Below, one piece after another: positions 54,832 to 64,000 of a stretch of 64,000 nt of DNA (positions are counted from its first letter, which is position 1; every line of letters starts with the position of its first letter). Source of the DNA: Rikenellaceae bacterium (GTDB lineage Bacteria; Bacteroidota; Bacteroidia; Bacteroidales; Rikenellaceae); the NCBI GenBank assembly GCA_015059905.1, contig SUZN01000002.1, positions 65,742-129,741 of the forward strand, in the 5' to 3' direction. The position numbers and the translations under genes were made by a program. Under the pieces are notes generated by a model that ran no database searches, was not told the origin of the DNA, and was given only the letters and a program-made list of their open reading frames with translations.

Positions 54832-57087
54832 TTAGAATTTTATAGTTACATTTGCCAGGAAATGCAGAGGTGCCTGAGGGAAATAATAAGCCTCGTCATA
54901 ACGCTCGCCATCCCACATATATGAGTAGCCATAGCCATTGCTGCAATACTTTGAGTTGAGCAGATTGTAGATGCTTACGCCCAATCGCACACTCTTTACC
55001 GCTTTAGTTCGCAGAGTGTAGGCAAGGTCAAGATTTGTGACGCAGTAGGCATCAAGGGTCAAAGCCTCAATCTCGTTGTTGGTGAAATATTGCTTACCGA
55101 CATACTGCGTGCGCAGAACTGCCTCAAAGCCCTTGACGTGGAAATCAGCATATGCCGAAGCAACCACATCTGGAGAGTAGGCGATGGTCATAGTACCCAA
55201 ATTTTTGCCATAAGTAGGGCTATCGGCGAGCATATCCACATAGTCCAAAATCTTATTGCGGCTAAAGGTTGCATTACCACCCAAAGTGAGCCAACGAGCC
55301 ACACTCCACGCTGCCGTAAGCTCCACGCCACAACGGTAGCTGTCGGGGACATTCACATTCAGCGCATCGGAGCTATCGTTCACCATACCTGTGGGGATAA
55401 GCTGATCCTTATAACGCATATAATAGAGGTTCAAGCCCAGCTGCAGACGTGGCGCAGTGTACTGATAACCAAGCTCATAGTCAATCAATCGTTCGGGTGA
55501 TGGCTGCGTCTGGTCAGCAGCGAACATATAACGGTCGGTGAAATCAGAGCGGGTAGGCTCCTTATGAGCAACAGCCGCCGAAGCATAGAGGTTGTGACGC
55601 TCTGCAAAGGCATAGCTCACACCCAGGCGAGGGTTGAAGAAGTTGTACTCCTTATCAACATTGATAGGCTGCATCTGCATTGTGTTCCAGTCGAAGTTAT
55701 CATTCACACCCCAAGCCTTGTACGACACATAGCGATACTGCAAATCGGCATAGAGATTAAGACCCGTTGCCACACTCCACATACCCTTCACAAAAAGGTT
55801 TGCATCCTGCTTATCGACATCATTATCGTACCATTTGCCACCAATCGCACTCTGCTCAAAGCCATCAACCCACTCCAGATCGCCCCAGTGAGGGCAGGTG
55901 TAGTAGCTCCACGCACCACCCATCAGCAGCTGCAATCGCTCGGTAGAGTAGGCAGCTGTGGCGTTCAAACCCGTAGTGTGGTTACGCATAATCTTGCGAC
56001 GGATCATATCAGCCTCGACGCTTGCATCGGTGATGCCGAGGTTACCATATTCGAGCAATGTGCGGGCATCCTTATACTGCTTATAATAGCCGTAGCCATA
56101 GGTATAGAAGCCCATCAGCGACAACGACCACGCATCCGTAAAGCGATGATTCAATATCAACTGATTATTCAGCTGAAGATAGTTATCTGTCTGATCATCA
56201 TAGTAATCGACGTGCGTACCATCCGCCAGAACATAAGGACCGTGAGAGGTCTCATACTGACCCTCGGTGTGGTAGCGTCTGCCATATAGCTCCATCTCCT
56301 CCTTGGTAACACCAGTGTAGGTAAGATAGGTCTTTGCTTTACCACCAAACGAGAGGAATTTAACACTTGTGCGAGGGGAGTAGTGTGCCGCCTGCAACAT
56401 ATATGACTTCAGGTCGGTCATACCTCTATCAACATATCCATCCGAGCCGATATGTGTTGCGCGAGCATCCACTGCCCAGCCATTATTCAACAGACCAGAG
56501 CTGATGGCAACAGCCTGCTTGTTGGTGTTATATGAGCCGTAAGAGAACGACGCCTCACCCATAAATTCCGCCTTTGGGGCAGCTGTGGTCATACTCACCG
56601 CACCACCAAACGCTCCCGTTCCGTTGGTTGATGTACCCGCACCTCGCTGCACCTGAATATCACCAACCGCCGAAATCAAGTCGGGCGTGTCGTACCAGTA
56701 TGTAGAGTGGGAGTCGGGGTTATTGAGCGACATTCCGTTTACGGTAACGTTCAATCGTGTAGCATCTGTACCACGCAGGCGGATAGATGTACCACCAATG
56801 CCGATACCAGTCTCGTTTGTTGCAATCATCGAAGGTGTGAGTGCAAGCAACGAGGGGATATCCAAGCCATAATTGTTGCGAGCAATGGTCTCGTGATTTA
56901 AGTTTGTGTGTGCTACGGGTGTTGATTTTGTGGCACGTGTTGCCACCACCTGAATCTGCTGCAAGTCACCCTCCATCGAGATTGTGTCCTGCTCGAAGGC
57001 TTCATTGAGGCTCGGTGAGCCATCCTGCGCCCTTGCTACGCCCAGCGATAATATCGCTACGGCGAGAGTCAAAATTTTCCTTTTCAT
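54832..57087 (-). CDS. TonB-dependent outer-membrane receptor (thiamine-related by context)
   Basis: Signal peptide, plug domain (VVATRATKS...), 22-strand-type barrel and a C-terminal ...NVTIKF. Confidence 0.85.
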   Translation of the reverse strand: MKRKILTLAVAILSLGVARAQDGSPSLNEAFEQDTISMEGDLQQIQVVATRATKSTPVAHTNLNHETIARNNYGLDIPSLLALTPSMIATNETGIGIGGTSIRLRGTDATRLNVTVNGMSLNNPDSHSTYWYDTPDLISAVGDIQVQRGAGTSTNGTGAFGGAVSMTTAAPKAEFMGEASFSYGSYNTNKQAVAISSGLLNNGWAVDARATHIGSDGYVDRGMTDLKSYMLQAAHYSPRTSVKFLSFGGKAKTYLTYTGVTKEEMELYGRRYHTEGQYETSHGPYVLADGTHVDYYDDQTDNYLQLNNQLILNHRFTDAWSLSLMGFYTYGYGYYKQYKDARTLLEYGNLGITDASVEADMIRRKIMRNHTTGLNATAAYSTERLQLLMGGAWSYYTCPHWGDLEWVDGFEQSAIGGKWYDNDVDKQDANLFVKGMWSVATGLNLYADLQYRYVSYKAWGVNDNFDWNTMQMQPINVDKEYNFFNPRLGVSYAFAERHNLYASAAVAHKEPTRSDFTDRYMFAADQTQPSPERLIDYELGYQYTAPRLQLGLNLYYMRYKDQLIPTGMVNDSSDALNVNVPDSYRCGVELTAAWSVARWLTLGGNATFSRNKILDYVDMLADSPTYGKNLGTMTIAYSPDVVASAYADFHVKGFEAVLRTQYVGKQYFTNNEIEALTLDAYCVTNLDLAYTLRTKAVKSVRLGVSIYNLLNSKYCSNGYGYSYMWDGERYDEAYYFPQAPLHFLANVTIKF

Positions 57088-57120
57088 CGCTTTTAAGTTT
57101 ATAAAGTTAAAAACACAGAA

Positions 57121-57220
57121 AAGGGGTATTTTTGTCGATTACGCTACTCCCGGTCTCGGCATTACCCGTATCCGGTACAATGGGTATAATCTCAGCCTGA
57201 TAGTAAGGCACCCCTTATGA
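57121..57220 (-). promoter_or_regulatory. TPP (THI-box) riboswitch
   Basis: The minus strand reads AAGGGGUGC..(N12)..GCUGAGA..UACCC..UACCGGAUACGGGUAAUGCCGAGACCGGGAG, which matches the TPP aptamer consensus. A downstream ACCCCUU could pair with the 5' AAGGGGU. Confidence 0.85.
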
Positions 57221-57238
57221 ATGTTTGTATATTCCTAC

Positions 57239-57263
57239 AAAAAAAGCAGTCAATCTGACTGCT
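57239..57263 (-). terminator. Intrinsic terminator after tRNA-Asp
   Basis: 8-bp stem agcagtca / tgactgct with a 3-nt loop, followed by U7 on the minus strand. Confidence 0.7.
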
Positions 57264-57269
57264 TTTCTG

Positions 57270-57343
57270 CGGTGCGTAGGGGACTCGAACCCCTGACCCC
57301 GTGCGTGACAGGCACGTATTCTAACCAGCTGAACTAACGCACC
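57270..57343 (-). tRNA. tRNA-Asp (anticodon GTC)
   Basis: 74-nt cloverleaf: GGTGCGT/ACGCACC acceptor, anticodon arm CGTGC-CTGTCAC-GCACG, T-loop TTCGAGT. Confidence 0.9.
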
Positions 57344-57361
57344 AATTGCTGATTGCGAGTG

Positions 57362-57369
57362 CAAAGATA
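57362..57369 (-). promoter_or_regulatory. -7 box (TATCTTTG on the minus strand) for tRNA-Asp
   Basis: Exact TAnnTTTG match 18 nt upstream of the tRNA 5' end, in the same 21-nt module seen at 8157-8177. Confidence 0.55.
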
Positions 57370-57408
57370 GTGCAAAAATATTATTCTGCAAATTTTTTCT
57401 TAAAAAAA

Positions 57409-57942
57409 TTACTTCTCAAAAATAGAAAATTGCACACTGCCATAGCTTCGCGTCTGCTTGTAATGAGGGTAGTGGCTGACATCCACCGACTTAGAGTGCT
57501 CAAAGATAAGAATACCTCCCTCCTTCAGCAAATTATTCTTCCACACTGCCTCAATCACCTTTTCGCTCCCCTCAAGATCGTATGGTGCATCCGAGAAGAT
57601 AACATCAAACTTCTTCACACAACTCTTCAGATACAAAAAGACATTAGCCTTCACCGGGTGGAGGTTTGAAAAACCGAACTGCTGGGCTGTCTGGCGGATG
57701 AAGTTATAGTGTACGGCATTAATCTCAACCGATGTTACCGCCACTGCACCACGCGACGCAAACTCATAACTTATGGAGCCTGTGCCAGAAAACAAATCGA
57801 GCACCTCGACCTCCTCGAAGTCGATCATATTACCCAGCACATTAAACAGGTTCTCCTTGGCAAAATCGGTAGTGGGGCGTGCTCTAAGATTTTTAGGCGG
57901 GTTGATCATACGACCGCCACATCTGCCACTGATAATTCTCAT
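57409..57942 (-). CDS. rsmD: 16S rRNA (guanine966-N2)-methyltransferase
   Basis: RIISG...G..I..P......RPTTD..KE.LFN N-terminus, LDLFSGTGS SAM motif and DAPY motif. Confidence 0.88.
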   Translation of the reverse strand: MRIISGRCGGRMINPPKNLRARPTTDFAKENLFNVLGNMIDFEEVEVLDLFSGTGSISYEFASRGAVAVTSVEINAVHYNFIRQTAQQFGFSNLHPVKANVFLYLKSCVKKFDVIFSDAPYDLEGSEKVIEAVWKNNLLKEGGILIFEHSKSVDVSHYPHYKQTRSYGSVQFSIFEK

Positions 57943-57976
57943 AATCGCAAATTTGTTCTCTTATATAAATATAAGG

Positions 57977-58007
57977 TAAAAAATATCCGCCCCATAAAGA
58001 GGCGGAT
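57977..58007 (-). terminator. Intrinsic terminator after the 58045..58677 gene
   Basis: Stem atccgcc / ggcggat followed by U6 on the minus strand. Confidence 0.6.
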
Positions 58008-58044
58008 TTTAATTGTAGGGGAAAAACACCCTCTGGCCGTTGGA

Positions 58045-58677
58045 TTAGTCCTCCCAGTTACCAGCCTCGTTGTTGCTACCCTCCATAGAACCGAACTTCA
58101 AACCAGCATACTGACCAAAGTTATTAACCTTGTCGTCAATGAGGTTGATTACGTTCTGACGGAACTCTACAGTGTCGAGGTAAGCCTTGTAAGGTGCGCG
58201 GCACTCTACAACAGGAACCTTCACGTTACCCTTATCTACCTCACCAGACTCAAGGATAAACTCCATATTGTTTGTGTGAGGGATAAAGCGCAAATTCTCG
58301 ATCTGCTCCTTTGAAAGCTTGCGTGGGTTGAAGATTGTGTCGATAACAGCGAGGTTGTACTTCTCGATGTTCTGCTTCTTCTGCTTCTTCAACTGTGCCA
58401 TAGCAACAGAATCGTCCTCATCAACGAGCTTACGCTCCATCTCCAAAGAGTCGTTCAAGATGAAATTGATAAGTGAATCAAAATCGTTAGTGAAGCGCTG
58501 GTACTTGCTCTTGTAAGCACGCTCCGCAGCACGGATGTCCTTCAACTTAACGATTACTTCAGCATTACGCTCCTTCAACTGCTGCTCAAACTTCAGCGGC
58601 GTGTGGATCATGTCGGCAATAACGTAAATGAGTGCTACGATTACCAATCCCAGAAAAATTTGTATTCCCTTTTTCAT
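58045..58677 (-). CDS. Conserved hypothetical membrane-anchored protein (N-terminal TM helix plus a helical, Lys/Glu-rich region)
   Basis: 210-aa ORF with normal composition, an N-terminal TM helix (IFLGLVIVALIYVIADMI) and no family motif that I recognise. Confidence 0.6.
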   Translation of the reverse strand: MKKGIQIFLGLVIVALIYVIADMIHTPLKFEQQLKERNAEVIVKLKDIRAAERAYKSKYQRFTNDFDSLINFILNDSLEMERKLVDEDDSVAMAQLKKQKKQNIEKYNLAVIDTIFNPRKLSKEQIENLRFIPHTNNMEFILESGEVDKGNVKVPVVECRAPYKAYLDTVEFRQNVINLIDDKVNNFGQYAGLKFGSMEGSNNEAGNWED

Positions 58678-58694
58678 TTTTTATTATTTGTTAT

Positions 58695-58702
58695 TATGTT
58701 TG
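58695..58702 (+). promoter_or_regulatory. -7 box (TATGTTTG) for the helicase gene
   Basis: Exact TAnnTTTG match 31 nt upstream of the ATG at 58733. Confidence 0.45.
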
Positions 58703-58732
58703 TATCAAATTAGTGGTTAAAACACAATAAAA

Positions 58733-60148
58733 ATGCTTAACACTTATATTGCACGCCAAATTTACGCAAAAATTTCCTTTGAAACAACAGTTAGTCAGAA
58801 AAAAGTTGTTGAAAAGTTGTCGGAATACCTTTCTTCGCCCGATTATTCACGAATTTTCGTGTTAAACGGCTACGCGGGCACAGGAAAGACGACTTTAATC
58901 TCGGCTTTGGTGGAGGTCTTGGACTATATGGGCATCAAGTCGATTTTGCTTGCTCCGACAGGGCGTGCAGCAAAGGTGCTGACACGTTATTCGGGTAAGA
59001 GTGCGCTCACTATCCACAAACGTATCTATCGCCAGCGCACCAATGCAGCCTACGAATCGAAATTTTCGTTGGACTACAACAAAGAAAAGGATGCAGTGTT
59101 TATCATTGATGAGGCTTCGATGCTCTCCGATGTTGCGGGCGAGGGACAGATTTTCGGAAGTGGGTCATTGCTCGAAGACCTTATTAAATATGTACGCAGT
59201 GGCGAGCGTTGCCGATTGATTCTTGTTGGCGACAACGCACAGTTGCCTCCCGTTGGCGCGGACTTCAGCCCAGCGCTTGACGAGAGCGTGATGCAGGGCT
59301 ATGGCGAGGTGGATTACGCCTCGATGGATGATGTGGTACGACAGAGTGCCGAGTCGGGTATATTGTTTAATGCCACTATGGTTAGGTGTATGCTTGAGAA
59401 TGGGCTGTATGAGATACCACGTTTTGAGATGAACTTTCCAGATATTGAGGCAATTCAGGGAAATGAGATAATGGAGAAGATTGACGAGTGTTATTGTCGC
59501 TATGGTCGTGACGAGACAATCGTAATAACGCGCTCGAACCGCCGTGCGAACCGCTACAACGAGGGCATACGACGTTATAATCTCTCTGCCGAGGAGGCTA
59601 TCGAGAGTGGCGATATGCTGATGGTGGTAAAGAACAACTACCACTACACCGAGCGCATCGAGGGTTGCCCCGTAAGCTTCATCGCCAACGGAGATATCGC
59701 CCGACTGAAGAAAATACGCCGCTTTGAGGAGTTGTATGGTTTCAACTTCGCTGAGGCGGTGCTGGAATTTGGCGATTATGGCGATATGGAGCTTGAGTGT
59801 AAGATTTTGCTTGACACCATCTCCTCGGAGTCACCTTCGCTCACCAGAGAGCAGAGTCTGCAACTCTTTACCGAGGTGGAGAAAGATTACCTCGATATAA
59901 AGAGTAAAATCAAGCGATTCAAGGAGATACGCGAAAACCCGCACTTCAACGCCATGCAGGTCAAGTTCGCCTATGCTGTGACGTGTCACAAAGCGCAGGG
60001 TGGTCAGTGGAAAGCGGTGTTTGTCGATAGGTGTCTGTTTGGCGACGAGCCTATGACGCGCGATATGCTGCGCTGGCTCTACACAGCCCTCACACGAGCT
60101 ACCGATAAGCTCTATTTAGTCAATTTTGATGAGCGTTTCTTTGAATAA
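58733..60148 (+). CDS. RecD/TraA-like superfamily-1 ATP-dependent DNA helicase
   Basis: Walker A GYAGTGKTTLI, Walker B FIIDEASM, and a UvrD_C_2-like AVTCHKAQGGQW motif. Confidence 0.8.
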   Translation: MLNTYIARQIYAKISFETTVSQKKVVEKLSEYLSSPDYSRIFVLNGYAGTGKTTLISALVEVLDYMGIKSILLAPTGRAAKVLTRYSGKSALTIHKRIYRQRTNAAYESKFSLDYNKEKDAVFIIDEASMLSDVAGEGQIFGSGSLLEDLIKYVRSGERCRLILVGDNAQLPPVGADFSPALDESVMQGYGEVDYASMDDVVRQSAESGILFNATMVRCMLENGLYEIPRFEMNFPDIEAIQGNEIMEKIDECYCRYGRDETIVITRSNRRANRYNEGIRRYNLSAEEAIESGDMLMVVKNNYHYTERIEGCPVSFIANGDIARLKKIRRFEELYGFNFAEAVLEFGDYGDMELECKILLDTISSESPSLTREQSLQLFTEVEKDYLDIKSKIKRFKEIRENPHFNAMQVKFAYAVTCHKAQGGQWKAVFVDRCLFGDEPMTRDMLRWLYTALTRATDKLYLVNFDERFFE

Positions 60149-60164
60149 TATATCAAAATAAGTT

Positions 60165-60172
60165 ATCTTTGT
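60165..60172 (+). promoter_or_regulatory. -7 box (TATCTTTG) for mutS
   Basis: Exact TAnnTTTG match 19 nt upstream of the ATG at 60191. Confidence 0.5.
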
Positions 60173-60190
60173 CATCTAATTCAACTTCAG

Positions 60191-62878
60191 ATGGCAATTG
60201 AGAAAAAATATGTGGAGACCCCTCTGATGAAGCAATATTATCAGATTAAGGCGGTACATCCCGACGCTATCCTACTCTTTAGGGTGGGTGACTTTTACGA
60301 AACATTTGGTGACGACGCCATCAAGGCGAGCTCCATCCTGGGTATCACGCTTACCAAGCGTGCCAATGGTGCTGCCTCAAGCGTAGAGCTGGCGGGTTTC
60401 CCACATCACGCCGTCGATGCCTACCTACCAAAGCTGGTACGTGCTGGCGAGCGTGTAGCTATCTGCGAGCAGTTGGAGGACCCCAAATTGGTCAAGGGTC
60501 TGGTCAAGCGAGGCGTGATAGAGCTGGTAACGCCAGGCGTTGTTTTGGGCGATAATATTCTACCAAACAAAGAGAATTCTTTCCTTGCATCAATCTATTT
60601 CGGCAAGAATCATACAGGCGTAGCTTTTCTTGACATCTCTACGGGCGAGTTCTTTATGGCGCAGGGCGACGACCGCTATGTGGACAAACTTATGGCGAGC
60701 CTACAACCCAAGGAGGTACTTTATCAGCGAGGTATGGAGGATAGGTTCGAATCATCGTTTGGTGGCAAGCATTACACATATCGTCTTGACGAGTGGATAT
60801 TCTCATCCGATTTGAATTACGACAAGCTCTGCAAGCAGTTCGGCACACAGTCACTCAAGGGCTTTGGCGTGGAGAGTATGACCGAGGGTATTGCTGCTGC
60901 AGGAGCTATTCTCTACTATTTGGAGTTTACCGAGCATCGCGAGATTTCGCATATCGCCTCTATTTCACGCATCGACCAGCACGACTCGGTGTGGATTGAC
61001 AAATTCACCATCCGCAACCTTGAGCTCTTCTCATCCTCGTCGGGCGAGGCAAAGACAGGCTTTGCCGATGTGATTGACCGCACGCTGACCTCGATGGGTG
61101 GACGTATGTTGAAGCGCTGGGTAGCGATGCCGCTATTGGATGTTAAACGCATCGAGGAGCGCCAGGATGTTGTCGAGGCTATAGCCAATGATGCAGATTT
61201 GGCGGCGGCTCTGCGCGAGCAGGTGGCAGCAATAGGCGACCTGGAACGTCTGTCGTCACGCATTGCGGCGGGCAGAATTCTACCACGCGAGTTGGTACAA
61301 CTGAAGAACTCACTGACCTCGGTCGAAATGTTGAAGGCGCTATTGGAATCAACCGACAAGAGTTGCCTGCACAAGATTGCCGAGAGTATAGACCCATTGA
61401 CCGTTGTGCGCGACCGCTTGGCGCGTGACATATATCCCGATCCTGCGAACAACCAGATACAGAAGGGTGGTGTGATTGCCGATGGCGTATCGGCAGAGCT
61501 TGACGACCTGCGCCGCATAGCTCTACACGGCAAGGATGTATTGCAGCAGATACAGCAACGCGAGAGTGAGCTGACAGGCATTCCATCGCTGAAGATTAGC
61601 TATAACAATGTCTTTGGCTACTATATCGAGGTGCGTAACACCCACAAAGACAAAGTTCCCGAGACGTGGATTCGCAAGCAGACACTCACAGCTGCCGAAC
61701 GTTACATCACCGAGGAGCTGAAGGAGTACGAGGAGAAAATCCTCGGTGCACAGGAGCGCATCCTTCAGATTGAGCAGGATATATATCTGCAAATTATAGC
61801 CGACATCTCGCAACACCTGCGTGCAATCTTGCGCGATGGAGCTATCGTGGCTCGCATCGACTGCTTGCAATCATTCGCCCGTATGGCGTGCGAGTGTCGT
61901 TACGTGCGCCCTACACTTGACGAGGGCAAGGTCATTGATATTCGCGCGGGTCGTCATCCTGTGATTGAGCGACTGATGGGTGTGGGCGAGGAGTATATCC
62001 CCAACGATGTATTGCTCAACGACAGCGACCAGCAGATTATGATGATTACGGGACCCAATATGTCGGGTAAGTCGGCTTTGCTGCGACAAACAGCGCTCAT
62101 TATACTGATGGCACAGATGGGTTCATTTGTCCCTGCCGAGAAGGCTCACATCGGCGTGGTGGATAAGATTTTCACTCGTGTTGGAGCCTCGGACAACATC
62201 TCGCAGGGCGAATCAACGTTTATGGTCGAGATGTTGGAGTCGGCAAGTATTCTCAACAACCTATCGGAGCGCAGCCTTATCCTGCTTGACGAGATTGGTC
62301 GAGGCACAAGTACATACGACGGTATCTCCATTGCGTGGGCGATGGTGGAGTATATTCACAACTACCCAACAGCACGCGCCAAGACTATGTTTGCCACTCA
62401 CTACCACGAGTTGAACGAGATGGAGCAACTCTTTGAGCGCATCAAGAATTACCACGTATCCGTTCGTGAGGTGGACAACACAATTGTATTCCTGCGCAAG
62501 CTGGCGCGTGGCGGCACAGAGCACTCATTCGGTATCCACGTTGCGCGTATGGCAGGTATGCCCGCTTCGATTGTGAGCCGTGCAACAGATATTCTTTCCA
62601 ATCTCGAAACCGTATATGGCAACAACGAAATAGCAGACCCAGGCGCAGAGAAAACAGAAGTGCCCACAGCACCTTCGCGCCGCAAGAAGCGTCAGCCATC
62701 AGCACGCCAGGTGGCAGATGTGGCGCAGCAGGGTAGTATGCAACTTCAAATGTTCCAGCTGGACGACCCTGTGCTCATTCAGGTGCGCGACCAGATTAAG
62801 GGGTTGGATATCAACTCTCTAACACCGCTTGAAGCACTCAACAAGCTCAACGAAATAAAGAAGATTACAGGTCTATAA
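60191..62878 (+). CDS. mutS: DNA mismatch repair protein MutS
   Basis: [11 protein letters not shown]...[12 protein letters not shown]-terminus and Walker A GPNMSGKS. 895 aa. Confidence 0.95.
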   Translation: MAIEKKYVETPLMKQYYQIKAVHPDAILLFRVGDFYETFGDDAIKASSILGITLTKRANGAASSVELAGFPHHAVDAYLPKLVRAGERVAICEQLEDPKLVKGLVKRGVIELVTPGVVLGDNILPNKENSFLASIYFGKNHTGVAFLDISTGEFFMAQGDDRYVDKLMASLQPKEVLYQRGMEDRFESSFGGKHYTYRLDEWIFSSDLNYDKLCKQFGTQSLKGFGVESMTEGIAAAGAILYYLEFTEHREISHIASISRIDQHDSVWIDKFTIRNLELFSSSSGEAKTGFADVIDRTLTSMGGRMLKRWVAMPLLDVKRIEERQDVVEAIANDADLAAALREQVAAIGDLERLSSRIAAGRILPRELVQLKNSLTSVEMLKALLESTDKSCLHKIAESIDPLTVVRDRLARDIYPDPANNQIQKGGVIADGVSAELDDLRRIALHGKDVLQQIQQRESELTGIPSLKISYNNVFGYYIEVRNTHKDKVPETWIRKQTLTAAERYITEELKEYEEKILGAQERILQIEQDIYLQIIADISQHLRAILRDGAIVARIDCLQSFARMACECRYVRPTLDEGKVIDIRAGRHPVIERLMGVGEEYIPNDVLLNDSDQQIMMITGPNMSGKSALLRQTALIILMAQMGSFVPAEKAHIGVVDKIFTRVGASDNISQGESTFMVEMLESASILNNLSERSLILLDEIGRGTSTYDGISIAWAMVEYIHNYPTARAKTMFATHYHELNEMEQLFERIKNYHVSVREVDNTIVFLRKLARGGTEHSFGIHVARMAGMPASIVSRATDILSNLETVYGNNEIADPGAEKTEVPTAPSRRKKRQPSARQVADVAQQGSMQLQMFQLDDPVLIQVRDQIKGLDINSLTPLEALNKLNEIKKITGL

Positions 62879-63447
62879 TGGAGTACGCAACGCTCATAAT
62901 AATTGCAGTCGGTCTGGCTATGGATGCCTTTGCGGTATCTATCGGCAAGGGTTTGTCGGTAAGGCGCATTGAGCCTCGTCACACCATCAGTGTGGGGTTG
63001 TGGTTTGGAGGCTTTCAGGCATTGATGCCACTGGTGGGTTACTATCTCGGCGTGAGCTTCGCATCTTTTGTACAGAGTATCGACCACTGGATTGCCTTTG
63101 CGTTGCTTGGTGTCATAGGCGTTAATATGATTCGTGAAGCGTCATCGAAAGATGAGTGCGAGTGCCACAATAGTAATGCAGATTTCTCATCACGTAAGAT
63201 GTTGCTATTCGCCATCGCAACAAGTATTGATGCGCTGGCAGTAGGAGTGTCGTTTGCCTTTCTGGGAGTAAACATCTGGCGCGCCGTAATGCTGATTGGT
63301 GTGATAACGATGATATTGTCGATGATTGGTCTGCGCATAGGAAACGTATTCGGTTGCAGATACAAATCTAAAGCCGAGCTGTTTGGCGGCTGTGTGCTGA
63401 TAGTTATGGGGTGTAAGATTTTAGTCGAACATCTTCAGGAAATGTAA
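62878..63447 (+). CDS. mntP: Manganese efflux pump MntP
   Basis: [14 protein letters not shown] and [12 protein letters not shown] duplicated motifs with 6 TM helices. The start overlaps the mutS stop (TAATG). Confidence 0.85.
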   Translation: MEYATLIIIAVGLAMDAFAVSIGKGLSVRRIEPRHTISVGLWFGGFQALMPLVGYYLGVSFASFVQSIDHWIAFALLGVIGVNMIREASSKDECECHNSNADFSSRKMLLFAIATSIDALAVGVSFAFLGVNIWRAVMLIGVITMILSMIGLRIGNVFGCRYKSKAELFGGCVLIVMGCKILVEHLQEM

Positions 63448-63450
63448 AAA

Positions 63451-63495
63451 TAAAAAATGTGCTAACCCTTTCTGATGAGTTAGCACATTTTTTTG
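63451..63495. terminator. Bidirectional terminator
   Basis: 9-bp stem atgtgctaa / ttagcacat flanked by A6 and T7. Confidence 0.65.
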
Positions 63496-63507
63496 CGTAT
63501 TCAGCTC

Positions 63508-63999
63508 TTAATACTTCGCCACCGCTGTTAGGCTTTTGCCTGCTCCGAGCTTTACCTTGCACGATGAAATCACATTGCCGAACGTATCCTTGCGCTCCTC
63601 GGCAGGGTATGACTTTCCATCAACCTCGATTGTCGCACAGTCACCAATAAACTCTACCTCCCAAGTAAGTGAGCGTGTGGTGTTGTTCACAATCTCCGAT
63701 TTGTCATCTTCGTGCTTGAGCGAGATATAACCATCTGCCAAAGGCACATTCTTAACCTCGGCAGTAGTGCCTCTCTTTAGACGTGAGCAAGTAGCAATAA
63801 CGCCCTCACTCAATCGTGGTTCCACACCCATTGCACCAGCAATAACACCCTCTATAACGCCATAGCTAACCTCGGGATACTCCGAGCGGCGCATTGTAGG
63901 GAGTTGCAACGTGATGCGATAAGCATCCTCGTTGTATCCGTTGCGATAGAGGATAGCAGGGAAAGCAGAGAGATTCTCTACATTCCACTCGTCCGCCAA
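63508..63999 (-). CDS. C-terminal fragment (163 aa) of a larger protein whose 5' end lies outside the window; function unassigned, possibly the beta-sandwich tail of a glycoside hydrolase
   Basis: The ORF is open to the window edge. The leading M in the ORF track is an artefact of a TTG codon at the edge. No diagnostic motif seen. Confidence 0.45.
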   Translation of the reverse strand: MADEWNVENLSAFPAILYRNGYNEDAYRITLQLPTMRRSEYPEVSYGVIEGVIAGAMGVEPRLSEGVIATCSRLKRGTTAEVKNVPLADGYISLKHEDDKSEIVNNTTRSLTWEVEFIGDCATIEVDGKSYPAEERKDTFGNVISSCKVKLGAGKSLTAVAKY

Positions 64000-64000
64000 A

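Noticed and set aside
1-64000. A search by eye for integrases, transposases, phage structural genes, restriction-modification, toxin-antitoxin pairs, reverse transcriptases, cas genes and rRNA.
   Set aside because: None of the translated ORFs showed the corresponding hallmark motifs. The only compositionally foreign segment is the TIR gene islet.

Overview
The window is a gene-dense chromosomal segment of about 50 % G+C. It looks like Bacteroidota, order Bacteroidales, and the gene set resembles Prevotellaceae. I infer this from many TAnnTTTG '-7' promoter boxes in front of genes and from typical content: a TPP riboswitch followed by a TonB-dependent receptor and a PnuT-like gene, DUF4923 and DUF4878 lipoproteins, and PF14121-type porins. 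I found about 60 protein genes, mostly housekeeping: purC, umuDC, potABCD, nadE, pepT, an OPT transporter, pssA, queG, prs, engB, rsmD, mutS and mntP. There are four tRNAs (Pro-GGG, Met-CAT, Lys-TTT, Asp-GTC), one TPP riboswitch and many hairpin/T-run terminators. I found no rRNA, CRISPR array, integrase, transposase, prophage or classical restriction-modification or toxin-antitoxin genes. The strongest candidate for something new is a single low-GC gene at 31845..33173 (about 28-38 % G+C against 50-57 % in the flanks). It encodes a TIR domain, an unassigned beta-rich region, WG repeats and a C-terminal transmembrane hairpin. It sits as a roughly 1.4 kb compositional islet between conserved genes. 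I propose it as a candidate one-gene NADase-type defence or abortive-infection module with an architecture I do not recognise from described systems. The second notable item is the largest non-coding stretch, 19598..20222. It holds about 2.3 tandem copies of a 221-bp structured unit directly after tRNA-Lys. Smaller observations include a CocE/NonD homologue whose nucleophile Ser is replaced, and a translationally coupled symporter / amidase-golvesin / BASS operon. There is also a hairpin plus U-run in the leader of a porin-potABCD operon, and a PotD with both a lipobox and a C-terminal anchor. Two unlinked tRNA loci share a 21-nt identical promoter/leader module, and a C9 tract lies upstream of the CE15/GH31 genes. 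All protein family calls come from motif recognition by eye and were not checked against any database.
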